Shown: in pieces, positions 19,444 to 31,243 of the stretch | Layout of the letters: the number at the start of each line of letters is the position of its first letter | Position numbering within the stretch: the stretch's first letter is position 1 | Assembly: GCA_030754595.1 (NCBI GenBank) | Contig: JASLZZ010000079.1 | Coordinates: 9,880-73,879 of the forward strand | Length of the DNA: 64,000 nucleotides | Reading direction: 5' to 3' | Source: Nitrospinota bacterium | GTDB taxonomy: Bacteria; UBA8248 | Position numbers and translations under genes: made by a program | Notes under the pieces: generated by a model | The model's database searches: none | Told to the model about the DNA's origin: nothing | The model's input: only the letters and a program-made list of their open reading frames with translations

Positions 19444-20346
19444 TTATCTCGCCTCTTTCACGGAACCGGGATTCACCTCTCCGCGCGCCAGGGCTTCGGC
19501 CATCCTGATTCCCTCGATGGCCTCGCGGACATCGTGTGTCCGGATGATATCCACTCCACCCAGTACGGCGAAGGCCTCGGCGACTTTCGAGCCAATCATG
19601 CGCTCTCTCGCCTCCGCGACGCCCGTCGCCTCGCCAATAAAGCGTTTTCTCGACACCCCGGCGACCAGGGGACGCCCCAGATGGTGAAACGGCGAAAGGT
19701 CCCGAAGTATTTCAAGATTATGGTCCCAGCTTTTTCCGAAGCCGATTCCCGGATCGATCCAAACGCTGTCCACACCGTCCCGTTCGGCCATTGACGCCCT
19801 CTCACCGAGGAAGGCAGCCACCTCGCGGACAACATCCTCGTATTCGGGGACCTCCTGCATTGTGCGCGGCTCGCCCTGCATGTGCATCACTATCGCCGCC
19901 GCGCCCGACCCGGCCGCCGCCCGCCTCATCTCCGGATCCCCGAATCCGCCGATGTCGTTCACGATATGCACCCCGGCCCGAAGCGCCTCAAGCGCCACCA
20001 CCGCTTTTCGCGTATCGATCGAGACCAGGGGGCCCGCGCTCATGTCCACACGCTCCAGGATCGGCATCACACGGCGAAGCTCTTCGGTCTCGTCCACCTC
20101 CCCCGAACCGGGGCGCGTACTCTCGCCGCCGATGTCAATGATGTCGGCCCCCTCCTCGGTCATCCGGGCGATCATCTCGAGCGCCATGGCGGGTTCGATA
20201 AAACGACCGCCGTCCGAAAAGCTGTCCGGGGTTGCGTTGATGACACCCATCACCCGGGTGCGGGAGAAATCCAACCTCCTTCCCCGGCAGAGGGCCTCGG
20301 GGGGGATTTTTTTCTCGGCCGGCTCAAAGGACAGAATTTTTTTCAT
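19444..20346 (-). CDS. folP: Dihydropteroate synthase
   Basis: MGVINATPDSFSDGG, DIGGESTRPG, DPGIGFGK, SRKRF and RTHDV. Confidence 0.98.
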   Translation of the reverse strand: MKKILSFEPAEKKIPPEALCRGRRLDFSRTRVMGVINATPDSFSDGGRFIEPAMALEMIARMTEEGADIIDIGGESTRPGSGEVDETEELRRVMPILERVDMSAGPLVSIDTRKAVVALEALRAGVHIVNDIGGFGDPEMRRAAAGSGAAAIVMHMQGEPRTMQEVPEYEDVVREVAAFLGERASMAERDGVDSVWIDPGIGFGKSWDHNLEILRDLSPFHHLGRPLVAGVSRKRFIGEATGVAEARERMIGSKVAEAFAVLGGVDIIRTHDVREAIEGIRMAEALARGEVNPGSVKEAR

Positions 20347-21776
20347 CGGCCCATCTCCGGCGGAAACGGATGTCCCGCCTCCACGATTCGCTCCTCGCTC
20401 ACCCAGCGCTTGCGAAACTCCCCGGCCAGGAAAAACGAGCCGGCCACGACAACGAGATCACCCTCGCCCGCCTCCGATAGCGCCGCCTCGAAGGCCCGCC
20501 AAGGATCGATGAACTCTCGAATGTCCACAGCGCCGAATTGACGCAGGGCCCGTGCGAATTTTTGGGGCGATAGTCCCGAGCGCGGAGCGCTTCCGGGAGG
20601 GGTGGTCACGAAAAACCTATCCACTGGCCCGGCCAGTTCCTCGGCCAAACCCTCGTAGTTCTTATCCCCTACCGCTCCGAGAACGAAAAAGCGGCGATCC
20701 GCCGGAACGGCGCCGAGCGCCCCCATCAACGCGCGCATCTTATCGCGGTTATGGGCGCCATCGAGGATTACTAGCGGCTCGCCGGGCATCCGTTCAATCC
20801 GGCAGGGAAGACGAGCCTCCAAAAGACCCGACCGAATATCCGCCTCCCCGAGACCCAGCAGGCGGCAGGCCCCCGCCGCCACCGCTGCGTTCGCGGCCTG
20901 GTGGGCTCCGCTCATCCCGACACGGACATCCTTCCACCGCTCACCGCCGCTGAAGCGGAAATCCAGGCGGATTCCCGCCCCCTCGAATACCAATCCCGCC
21001 ACTTCGGGAGGATGATGAAGAATCGCCGAACGCTCGCGGGCGGTTTTCTCGACCTCGGCCCTGGCTCCCCGCGGAAGAGCGGCGGAGACGACGCGGCCTC
21101 TCGGCGTGATGATCCCCGCCTTGTCGCGAGCGATCTGCTCGATGGTATCGCCGAGCAAATCGGTGTGATCGATGCCGATCGAAGTGAGGACATCGAGGGC
21201 CGCCGGCGCCACCAAACAGGTGGCATCGAAGGTACCGCCCAGCCCGGCCTCAAGGACGACGGTGTCGCAACCCTCCTCCTCGGCCGCGAGAAGCAGGAGC
21301 GCAAGAGCGCTCTCGAAATAAGAAGGCGGCCCGATTGGCTCGCGGGCCATCGCCGCCGCCGCTTCGGCGATTCGGGACGCGGCCCGGCCCGCCGTCCGGG
21401 CACCGCACAATCCGCCCCGAATCCAAAATCGCTCGGCCAGCGAAGTCACATGCGGCGAAAAAAACGCGGCTGTGGATCGCCCGGCCGCGTGAAGCGATTC
21501 GGCGATCATGAGAGCGGTCGAGCCCTTCCCGCTCGTTCCCGCCACATGAACGATGGAGCGATCTTGAAAGGAGATATCGAGCCACTCGATAAGCCGTTGC
21601 ATCCGGCTCAGGCCGGGTCCCTCGACGCGGATGCAGCGCGCATTGACCCGGGGCCGCCAGCTTTTTTTGGGAAGCGCCGCCAGCGCGTTCAGGAAAATTT
21701 CGATTCGCCGGTAACTCTCCGCCGAAGAGGTCTCTTCCTGATCGAAGAATATCGTCGATAGCTCGGAGGGCCGCAT
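20343..21776 (-). CDS. folC: Dihydrofolate/folylpolyglutamate synthase
   Basis: [40 protein letters not shown] and AGSFFL. ATG 21776 follows the purH stop. Confidence 0.92.
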   Translation of the reverse strand: MRPSELSTIFFDQEETSSAESYRRIEIFLNALAALPKKSWRPRVNARCIRVEGPGLSRMQRLIEWLDISFQDRSIVHVAGTSGKGSTALMIAESLHAAGRSTAAFFSPHVTSLAERFWIRGGLCGARTAGRAASRIAEAAAAMAREPIGPPSYFESALALLLLAAEEEGCDTVVLEAGLGGTFDATCLVAPAALDVLTSIGIDHTDLLGDTIEQIARDKAGIITPRGRVVSAALPRGARAEVEKTARERSAILHHPPEVAGLVFEGAGIRLDFRFSGGERWKDVRVGMSGAHQAANAAVAAGACRLLGLGEADIRSGLLEARLPCRIERMPGEPLVILDGAHNRDKMRALMGALGAVPADRRFFVLGAVGDKNYEGLAEELAGPVDRFFVTTPPGSAPRSGLSPQKFARALRQFGAVDIREFIDPWRAFEAALSEAGEGDLVVVAGSFFLAGEFRKRWVSEERIVEAGHPFPPEMGR

Positions 21777-21777
21777 C

Positions 21778-23328
21778 TCAGTGGCGGAAATGCCGTCTGC
21801 CGGTGAAAACCATGGCGATGCCGTGTTCGGCGGCGGCTTCGATAACTTCATCGTCGCGCTTCGAGCCTCCCGGCTGAGCGATGGCCTTGACGCCGCGCTT
21901 GGCGGCCTCGTCCACCCCGTCCCGGAACGGGAAGAAGGCGTCCGATCCAAGGGCGCAACCCTCGAGCGGAAGCACGGCGTGGTCCGCCGCGATCCGTGAG
22001 GAGTCCACGCGGCTCATCTGGCCCGCGCCGATTCCGACGGTTCCGCCCTGATCCGCAAGGACGATTGCGTTGCTCTTTACGTGGCGCGAAACGGTCCAGG
22101 CGATGTGAAGGGCCTTTTCTTCGTCCGCCGTCGGTCCGCGCGGGGTGACCACCTTCCAGTCAAATTCCTCGGCCGACATGTGGTCGGGCTCCTGGACGAG
22201 AACACCGCCGGGGACGGCGCGAAAGTCGAGGCCCGCTCTCTTCTGGGAGGCAAGACCGGGCAGCCTGAGGATGCGCAGGTTTTTTTTCTTACGGAATATC
22301 GCGAGCGCGCCCTCGTCGAACTCGGGCGCGATGACCGCCTCGACAAACAACTCGCGCATGGCTTCGGCCGCCGGCGCATCCACCCGGCAGTTGTAGCCAA
22401 TAATGCTACCGAAGGCGGAGACTGGATCGCAGGCCAGCCCGCGCTTATAGGCGTCGGCGGGGGTGTCCGCGATTCCAACGCCGCAAGGGTTCGTGTGCTT
22501 GAGGATGGCGCAGGCGGTACCGCCGAGGTCGGCGATCAGTTCGGCGGCGCCGGCCAGATCGAGAATGTTATTGTAGGAAAGCTCTTTTCCGCCCAGCACC
22601 TCGGCGTCCGCGATGGAGAGGCCACCCGCCGCGTCGGCACGATAGAAGGCCGCCTGCTGATGCGGGTTTTCGCCGTAGCGGAGGACCTGAATGCGCTCGA
22701 ACTCAAGCGGCAAGCTTTCCGGAAAGGAATCGCCGCCGGCATCTTGATCGAGGTCGGCGAGGTAGGCATTGATCGCCGCGTCGTAGCGCGAAACGTACCC
22801 AAAAGCCTTTTGCGCGAGGCGCCGCCTGAGGTCGACGGCAACTTCCTGTCCCTTTGAAATTTGCGCGATTACGGCCGGGTAGTCATCCGGATCGACGAGG
22901 ACGGTGACGCGCCCATGGTTTTTCGCCGACGACCGGACCATCGTCGGCCCTCCGATGTCGATTTGCTCGACCGCCTCGGCCGGCGTGACGCCGGGGCGAG
23001 CGACGGTCTCACGGAAGGGATAAAAATTCACGGCAACGAGATCGATCGCCTCGATGCCGTTGGCTTTCATCTCATCGGCCTGATCGGGAAGACGGGCGAG
23101 GATACCGCCCAAAACCTTGGGATGGAGGGTTTTCACCCGTCCGCCCAGAATTTCGGGCTGGCCGGTGTAGGCCGATACGTCCGTGATCGGTATCCCCTCG
23201 GCGCGGAGGGTCTTGCCCGTTCCGCCGGTTGAGAGAATCTCCCATCCCGCCTCGCTGAGAGACTTGCCCAGCTCTGCGGCCCCCCGCTTATCGCTGACAC
23301 TGATGACCGCTCTTTTGGTTCCACTCAT
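21778..23328 (-). CDS. purH: Bifunctional AICAR transformylase/IMP cyclohydrolase
   Basis: [33 protein letters not shown] and RHFRH. Confidence 0.98.
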   Translation of the reverse strand: MSGTKRAVISVSDKRGAAELGKSLSEAGWEILSTGGTGKTLRAEGIPITDVSAYTGQPEILGGRVKTLHPKVLGGILARLPDQADEMKANGIEAIDLVAVNFYPFRETVARPGVTPAEAVEQIDIGGPTMVRSSAKNHGRVTVLVDPDDYPAVIAQISKGQEVAVDLRRRLAQKAFGYVSRYDAAINAYLADLDQDAGGDSFPESLPLEFERIQVLRYGENPHQQAAFYRADAAGGLSIADAEVLGGKELSYNNILDLAGAAELIADLGGTACAILKHTNPCGVGIADTPADAYKRGLACDPVSAFGSIIGYNCRVDAPAAEAMRELFVEAVIAPEFDEGALAIFRKKKNLRILRLPGLASQKRAGLDFRAVPGGVLVQEPDHMSAEEFDWKVVTPRGPTADEEKALHIAWTVSRHVKSNAIVLADQGGTVGIGAGQMSRVDSSRIAADHAVLPLEGCALGSDAFFPFRDGVDEAAKRGVKAIAQPGGSKRDDEVIEAAAEHGIAMVFTGRRHFRH

Positions 23329-23331
23329 TCC

Positions 23332-24588
23332 CTAGTTGTCCTCCCGCCACACTTCGTACCCTTCGGCGAGAAGCTTTTGAATCAGAGATTCGAGATGCTC
23401 GCGGCCACGGAGTTCCAGGTAGAGCGTGGAGACCGTATGATTGATGGGCACCGCCGTCGACATTCTATCGTGCTCGATATGAATGATATTCACTCTTTCG
23501 TCCGCCACAATTTTCGATAGGTTCATCAGCGAGCCCGGCACATCGTGCAGTACGACCTGAATCCGCGCATAGCGGTTCTGAAGCGCGAGGCCCTTTCCGA
23601 TGATTCTCGAAAGCAGGTTCACGTCCAGGTTTCCGCCGCTGACGAGAGCGACGACCTTCCCGTTCACACGGACGCGCCGATCGAGCAGGGCGGCCAGCGG
23701 GGCCGCGCCCGCCGCCTCGGCCAGCATCCGCTCGCGTTCGAGGAGGCTCAAAATCGCCCGCGCCATGTGATCGTCGTCGACGGTGACGACCTGATCCACG
23801 AGTTCCTTGATCAGCGGAAAACACAACTCTCCCACCTGCTTGACGGCGATACCGTCCGCGATGGTCTTGATGTCCTGTGTGTTGACGATTTTCCCTGCCT
23901 TGAGGGACCGGGCCAACGAGGCCGCGCCCGAGGCCACTACCCCGATAACGCGGACATCGGGGCGCCGCTTTTTCACCACCGCCGCGAGACCGGCGATCAG
24001 CCCGCCGCCCCCGACGGAGACGATGATGGTCCCGGCCTCGGGAACCTCGTCCAGGATCTCCAGGCCGACGGTGCCCTGGCCCGCGATGACATCGGGGTGA
24101 TCGAAGGGGGGGATCATTGCCAGCCCCCGGTCGGACTCGATTTCCTTCGCCCGCTCGTAGGAATCGTCGAAGGTGGGGCCGTGGAGTTCGACCTCGGCGC
24201 CCAGCGCCCGCACCGCGTCGAGTTTGGTGTTGGGCGTGGACTCGGGCATGACGATCAGCGCCTTGATGTCCATCCGCCGGGCGGCTGAGGCGACGCCCTG
24301 GGCATGATTCCCGGCCGAGGCCGCGACGACGCCCCACCGGCGCTGCTGGGTGTTGAGCTTGCTGAGAGCATAACCCGCCCCGCGAACCTTGAACGAGCCC
24401 GTGCGCTGGAAATTCTCGGGCTTGAGGTAGATCTCGACGCCGAGTTGCTCGGAAAAATGATCGCTCAGGCGAGCCGGCGTCGGACGCAAGTGGGGGGCGA
24501 GAACCTCGGCGGCGGCTTCCGCCTCGGAGGCAACTTTATCCGCATCGAGCGGGCCCTGGTCTTCAGGGGTTGAATTCGCCAATTCCAT
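23332..24588 (-). CDS. ilvA: Threonine ammonia-lyase with C-terminal ACT domain
   Basis: KPENFQRTGSFKVRGA (PLP lysine), ASAGNHAQG, GGGGL, SGGN and an ACT-like tail. Confidence 0.93.
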   Translation of the reverse strand: MELANSTPEDQGPLDADKVASEAEAAAEVLAPHLRPTPARLSDHFSEQLGVEIYLKPENFQRTGSFKVRGAGYALSKLNTQQRRWGVVAASAGNHAQGVASAARRMDIKALIVMPESTPNTKLDAVRALGAEVELHGPTFDDSYERAKEIESDRGLAMIPPFDHPDVIAGQGTVGLEILDEVPEAGTIIVSVGGGGLIAGLAAVVKKRRPDVRVIGVVASGAASLARSLKAGKIVNTQDIKTIADGIAVKQVGELCFPLIKELVDQVVTVDDDHMARAILSLLERERMLAEAAGAAPLAALLDRRVRVNGKVVALVSGGNLDVNLLSRIIGKGLALQNRYARIQVVLHDVPGSLMNLSKIVADERVNIIHIEHDRMSTAVPINHTVSTLYLELRGREHLESLIQKLLAEGYEVWREDN

Positions 24589-24620
24589 CCGTCACGCCTC
24601 GATCCGGGCAATAGGCCCGG

Positions 24621-25409
24621 TTATACGCCCTTGAACTCGGGCTGGCGCTTTTCTATGAAGGCGTGAACGCCCTCCTGGAAATCCTTGCTGTTGAATCCCT
24701 CATGCCGGAGCATGTCGGCCCGCGTGACGCCCTCGACACCCAGCGAGCCCGACTCGATAAGATTGATCATCTCCTTGGAGTTTTTGACCGAGATCGGCGC
24801 GTTGACCACAATCTTCCGGGCCACATCGCTTACGTAGGCGTCCAGCTCATTCTTGGGAATGACCCGGTTCACGAATCCCATCTCGCAGGCCTCGTGCGCG
24901 GAGTAGCGCCGAGCCGTCATCAATATTTCTTTGGTGTTCGCGGGGCCGATCAGGCGGATTATCCGCCGCGTGAGTATCTCAGGATATACCACACCGATCC
25001 GGGCCGCGGGAATGGCGAACACGCCGTCCTCGGCCGCGTAGCGGAGATCACACATCGCCAGGAGTCCGAAGGCGCCACCCATCGCGAAGCCATGGACGAG
25101 AGCGATGACAGGCAACTCGACCCGGTAGATTCGCCGCCATGCGTCCTCGACTATGCCGCTGTGGTGCTTCCACTCCTCGGGGGTCTCCATCTCGCGGAAC
25201 TCGCGAATATCCTGGCCCGAGGCGAATGCCTCTTCTCCCGCCCCTCGGAGGATAACGACGCGGACCTCGCCGCCGTCCCGGAATTCCTCGAGGATTTCGG
25301 GCAGGCGCGCCCACATCGCCCGCGTCAGGGCGTTTCGCTGCGAAGGCCGGTTAATCGTAACCGTCGCGATTCCATCTTGAATATCGACCAGGAACGTATC
25401 GCCGCTCAT
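24621..25409 (-). CDS. Enoyl-CoA hydratase/isomerase (crotonase superfamily)
   Basis: INRP..RNAL, AFASGQDI, PVIALVHGFAMGG and EGVHAFIEKRQP. Confidence 0.92.
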   Translation of the reverse strand: MSGDTFLVDIQDGIATVTINRPSQRNALTRAMWARLPEILEEFRDGGEVRVVILRGAGEEAFASGQDIREFREMETPEEWKHHSGIVEDAWRRIYRVELPVIALVHGFAMGGAFGLLAMCDLRYAAEDGVFAIPAARIGVVYPEILTRRIIRLIGPANTKEILMTARRYSAHEACEMGFVNRVIPKNELDAYVSDVARKIVVNAPISVKNSKEMINLIESGSLGVEGVTRADMLRHEGFNSKDFQEGVHAFIEKRQPEFKGV

Positions 25410-25522
25410 CTAAAACTCTCCTGCTGCATATAAAATCCGGTTCAGGAAAGGAGCCCAACAGAGGAGGAATCATACCGCATTCCGCCCAAAGAGGGTCCCG
25501 CCGGAGAGCCTACATTTCGGAG

Positions 25523-25900
25523 TGAACCGGAGCGAGCCTGTAAGCCGGGTTCTGTTACCCGCCCGGGGGCGGGTCCGCGACCATCCATCTGGGACGAAGG
25601 TTGCCCTCCGCCTCATGCAGCCGACCCGGAGACATCGGGCGGGCCGCCCTCGAGCGTCTCCTTACTTGGCCTTGCTCCGGGTGGGGTTTACCAAGCCGGT
25701 CCGGTCACCCGGACCGCTGGTGCGCTCTTACCGCACCTTTTCACCCTTGCTCCGAACCGAGGTCCGGGGCGGTCTGTTTTCTGTGGCACTTTCCCTGGGG
25801 TCGCCCCCGGTGGACGTTATCCACCACCCTGCCCTGCGGAGCCCGGACTTTCCTCCCGCGGCGCAAGTCCGCGCGCGGCCGCGCAGCCCGCTCCGGTTCA
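25523..25900 (-). ncRNA. rnpB: RNase P RNA (type A)
   Basis: Minus strand reads GAGGAAAGTCCGGGCTCC...AGTGCCACAGAAA...AAGGGTGAAAAGGTGCGGTAAGAGCGCACC...ACAGAACCCGGCTTA. The ends TGAACCGGAGCG / CGCTCCGGTTCA pair as P1. Confidence 0.97.
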
Positions 25901-25925
25901 TTATAAAATGTACTCCAAATCAGGG

Positions 25926-26348
25926 CTAAACGCCCGCCCGCTCGTCAATGGCCCGGTTCGCCGCTTCATCGGCGGCGGCGTTCCCGCCCCGCCGCACATG
26001 GCGGACCTCGACGCTCTCGAAAGCGCCGGCGATCTCCTTGGCCTCATCGAAGAGGGGCCTGAGGGTCTTGTTCTTCACCCGGTATTCGCCGTTCCACTGC
26101 TTCGCCAGGAGCTCAGAGTCGGTCACGATCTCCACGGTCCCTGCCCCGATCTCCTTGGCCCTCTTCAAGCCGAGGAGCAAGCCTCGGTATTCGGCGACAT
26201 TGTTCGTCGCCTCGCCAAGATATTGAAGCACCTCGGCCACGCAAGCACCTGATCCGTCGTACAGCACCGCCGCCGCACCGGCGGGTCCGGGGTTGCCCCT
26301 CGCGGCGCCGTCGGTATGTATCAGGAGATGTTCAGCTTGAGAGTTCAA
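25926..26348 (-). CDS. rnhA: Ribonuclease HI family protein
   Basis: TDGAARGNPGPAG, TNNVAEY, TDSEL and N..AD..AN. Confidence 0.93.
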   Translation of the reverse strand: MNSQAEHLLIHTDGAARGNPGPAGAAAVLYDGSGACVAEVLQYLGEATNNVAEYRGLLLGLKRAKEIGAGTVEIVTDSELLAKQWNGEYRVKNKTLRPLFDEAKEIAGAFESVEVRHVRRGGNAAADEAANRAIDERAGV

Positions 26349-27094
26349 GCAGTTTCATCGGTCGGAACTACCGTGCCCACCGCCTCGGCCTCTTTGTAGT
26401 AGATGATCCGGCCGCAATTCGAGCACGAGGAAATTTCGTCCTTGGAGTCGCGGATTTCGAAAAACCGCTGTATCGTCTCGTCCATGCGGCAGCCCTGGCA
26501 GGTCCGGTCGATGATCGCAGCGACGGCCAAACCACCCATGTTCTTGTGAACCATGTTATAGCGAGCCTGCCAGTCAGAGGATATCTCGTCCCAAGTGCGC
26601 TGGCGCTCTCGCTGGTGTTTCTCGAGTTCGTGCTCAATCCCGGCCTGATGGTCTTCATGTTTTTTAATAACCATCCCGGCGGTGTTATTGGCGGATTCCA
26701 GCCCCTTTTTCGTTTCGGCCACTTTCTCCCGAAGAGGCTCCACCGACTCCATGCACTCGAGAACCTGATCCTCGAACTCTGCAATCTTTCCTTGAAAGGA
26801 TTCGATTTCTTGGGTCAGCGCCCGGTACTCCTCGTTGGTCTTGACGAGTGGCTGTTTCCCGCGTGACTCGCGCAGCTTCTCATCGGCCATCTGGATTTCG
26901 CCCTCGGTGTCGCGCTGGCGCTTTTGCATGGCCTCGACCGCGGTCTGGGTCGTTTCGAGATCTTCCTCGTATTCCTTGAGGTATTTTTTCTCCGCCTCGA
27001 TTTGGGCGGGTATTTTCGAGAGTTCATTCTTGAGACGTGAGATCTGATTGTCAATCGATTGAAGGCGAACCAAAGCCTGCAACTCGGCCAGCAC
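26345..27094 (-). CDS. Coiled-coil protein with C4-type zinc ribbon (DUF164-like)
   Basis: LVRLQSID start, long coiled coil, CQGC...CSNCGRIIY. GTG 27094 has an AAGGAG RBS. Confidence 0.9.
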   Translation of the reverse strand: MLAELQALVRLQSIDNQISRLKNELSKIPAQIEAEKKYLKEYEEDLETTQTAVEAMQKRQRDTEGEIQMADEKLRESRGKQPLVKTNEEYRALTQEIESFQGKIAEFEDQVLECMESVEPLREKVAETKKGLESANNTAGMVIKKHEDHQAGIEHELEKHQRERQRTWDEISSDWQARYNMVHKNMGGLAVAAIIDRTCQGCRMDETIQRFFEIRDSKDEISSCSNCGRIIYYKEAEAVGTVVPTDETA

Positions 27095-27135
27095 CGCAAA
27101 CTCCTTCTTTGGGTTCCGCGTACCGCTCAACTGAA

Positions 27136-27211
27136 TGGTGGGCCCACCAGGATTCGAACCTGGGACCAGCCGGTTATGAGCCGGCGGCTCTGACCGCTGA
27201 GCTATGGGCCC
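27136..27211 (-). tRNA. tRNA with CAT anticodon, probably tRNA-Ile2 (lysidine)
   Basis: GGGCCCATAGCTCAGCGGTCAGAGCCGCCGGCTCATAACCGGCTGGTCCCAGGTTCGAATCCTGGTGGGCCCACCA. Ile2 identity is inferred from the GGGCCC acceptor stem and the position after rpoD. Confidence 0.93.
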
Positions 27212-27380
27212 CAGAATACGCTAGCCACAGGGCAAGGCGGAGCGACCTTCCCGCCCACGTTCAGCCCAAATCCGGCGACCAAGAACCCCGTTTATATCTC
27301 CTTCCCCGGCTTCAATGTCAAATGCCGGCGTATCCAGGCTCCCCGGCCGCCCGCCCCCGGCCAAGTGCTCGGCCTTCGCC

Positions 27381-29288
<1,908 letters not shown>

Positions 29289-29356
29289 TTTCCGCTCCTT
29301 TGCTCGTTTGCCGAGGGGGAATTCTCCTAAAGCAATTATTTAATCCTTGAAACGCA

Positions 29357-31243
29357 TCAGTGCTCGGACGAGGTTTTTTGCCGCTCGCGCAGGAGTGCGT
29401 TTTTCTCCTCCAGTAGCCGCCGCACCGCCGGGGAGTCATTCCCCTCGCTGCGGCTCACGTCTTCAATTTCCTTGATTAGTTTTTCCTCGCGTCTGCGGCG
29501 GACTTTCTCCTGAATCCGCGCCATGCAGTCGGAAAACTCGCCTTCCAAATCATCGGCCGGCGTTTCACCGGCGGCCAGATCCAGAACCAGTGCACGAGCC
29601 GATGGGTCCGTCAGCCGTTCGGCCAGCCCCGCGGGGTGAATGTCCTCTCCTCCCGCCTCGATAATCGCGGCTACGATCTCGCGGACCGCGGGATCGGCGA
29701 AAATCGAAGGATCGACCTCCGCGCCGCCTGCCAGATCGGGGCGAACCAACAGCATTCGCACGGCATCCACCTCAAGCCGGGGCCGATCCACACTTCTGCC
29801 AAGCAGGTCCGCCGCAGGTTCAACGCGGCAGGTGGGCTCTCTCGCCTCCTCGGCGAGCATCCGCCTCACGCTCTCGGCCAGCGCCGGGTAGGGAATCCCC
29901 AGCCGATCCTCAAGTAGCGAGAAATACTGGTCTCGAACACTCTGATGACTCGCGCCCAGCACCGGCATGAGATTCTGGACAGCTGAGAGTTTTTCCGACT
30001 GATCCGCCCCCGGAGCCACGCCTTCGATGGCCTTGCGCACCGTATGCTCAAGCAGCCCCTCGGCCTCGCCGAGCAGGCGGCGGACGGAATCGGCGCCGCC
30101 CGCCTTGAGCACATCATCCACATCCTGGCCCCTGGGAAGATCCATCACCTTCAGGCGAATGGCGCCCAGCCCTCTACGATCAATATAGTTCTCACGCAAA
30201 ACTTCACCAGCCACGAGTTGATCCGGCGCGCCAGCCAGGCCCAGTATTCTTCCCGCCATGCCTCCGGCGCGCTCCGAAGCCGCCTGGCCCGCCTGATCGG
30301 AATCGAACACGAATATTAACTCCTCGGCGTGAGCGCGGAGCGTCCGAAGGTGTTCGGCCGTGAGTGCCGTGCCGAGGGGCGCGACGGCGTTTTGAATCCC
30401 GCTCTGCCAGAGAGCGATAACGTCGAAATAACCCTCGGTGACGACCGTCCGCTTCTCCGAGCGAATGGTCTCGCGCCCCTGAGAAAATCCGTAGAGCACC
30501 CGCCCCTTCCTGAACGCCGGCGTGTCGGGCGAGTTAATGTACTTGGCGGTCGCGTGACGGGCGTCGCTGTCCGGAAGAGAGCGGCCCCCGAAACCGACGA
30601 TGGCGCCATCCGCTCCCAGAATCGGGAACATCACCCGATCACGGAAACGGTCATAAAACCCCGAGCCGTCCTCGCGTTGGATAGCGAGCCCAGCCTCCAC
30701 CATGTCCTGAGGCGAGTAACCCTTCTGGCGGGCCGCCTGGCAAAGCGCGTCCCATCGGGCCGGGGCGTAGCCAATCCGGAAGGCCTCCACGGCATCGGCC
30801 GAGATATCCCTCCTTTTAATATAGGACAGCGCCCGGCTCCCTTCCCCGCCACGGAGGGAGACCCAATAGTAGCGGGCCGCGAAGAGATTCACCTCGTGAA
30901 TCTTCTCCCGAACGCTGGGGGGCGACGTCTCGCCGTCCTCGGTCTCGTAGCGGGAAAGATCCACCCCCTGGCGGTTCGCCAGATTCTGGAGCGCCTCACG
31001 GAAATTCAGACCTTCGTGTTGCATGAGAAACTTGATCGCATCGCCCCCGACCCCGCAGCCGAAGCACTTGAAGATGCCCATACGGGGATTCACGTTGAAC
31101 GAGGGTGTTTTCTCATCGTGGAATGGGCAGAGCGCCTTGAACGTGCTCCCGGCTTTGCGCAGGGGGATGTACTCGCCGATCACGTCCTCAATCGGCGACC
31201 CCTCGCGAAGCTGGTTCACCACGTCATCGGGTACACGGCCCAT
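29357..31243 (-). CDS. dnaG: DNA primase
   Basis: CPFHDEKTPS...CFGC zinc finger, DRFRDRVMFPI, KYINSP, EGYFDV and FDSDQAG. Confidence 0.98.
   Translation of the reverse strand: MGRVPDDVVNQLREGSPIEDVIGEYIPLRKAGSTFKALCPFHDEKTPSFNVNPRMGIFKCFGCGVGGDAIKFLMQHEGLNFREALQNLANRQGVDLSRYETEDGETSPPSVREKIHEVNLFAARYYWVSLRGGEGSRALSYIKRRDISADAVEAFRIGYAPARWDALCQAARQKGYSPQDMVEAGLAIQREDGSGFYDRFRDRVMFPILGADGAIVGFGGRSLPDSDARHATAKYINSPDTPAFRKGRVLYGFSQGRETIRSEKRTVVTEGYFDVIALWQSGIQNAVAPLGTALTAEHLRTLRAHAEELIFVFDSDQAGQAASERAGGMAGRILGLAGAPDQLVAGEVLRENYIDRRGLGAIRLKVMDLPRGQDVDDVLKAGGADSVRRLLGEAEGLLEHTVRKAIEGVAPGADQSEKLSAVQNLMPVLGASHQSVRDQYFSLLEDRLGIPYPALAESVRRMLAEEAREPTCRVEPAADLLGRSVDRPRLEVDAVRMLLVRPDLAGGAEVDPSIFADPAVREIVAAIIEAGGEDIHPAGLAERLTDPSARALVLDLAAGETPADDLEGEFSDCMARIQEKVRRRREEKLIKEIEDVSRSEGNDSPAVRRLLEEKNALLRERQKTSSEH

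Noticed and set aside
25522..25929. 135-aa and 101-aa plus-strand ORFs
   Set aside because: They overlap the RNase P RNA gene on the opposite strand.
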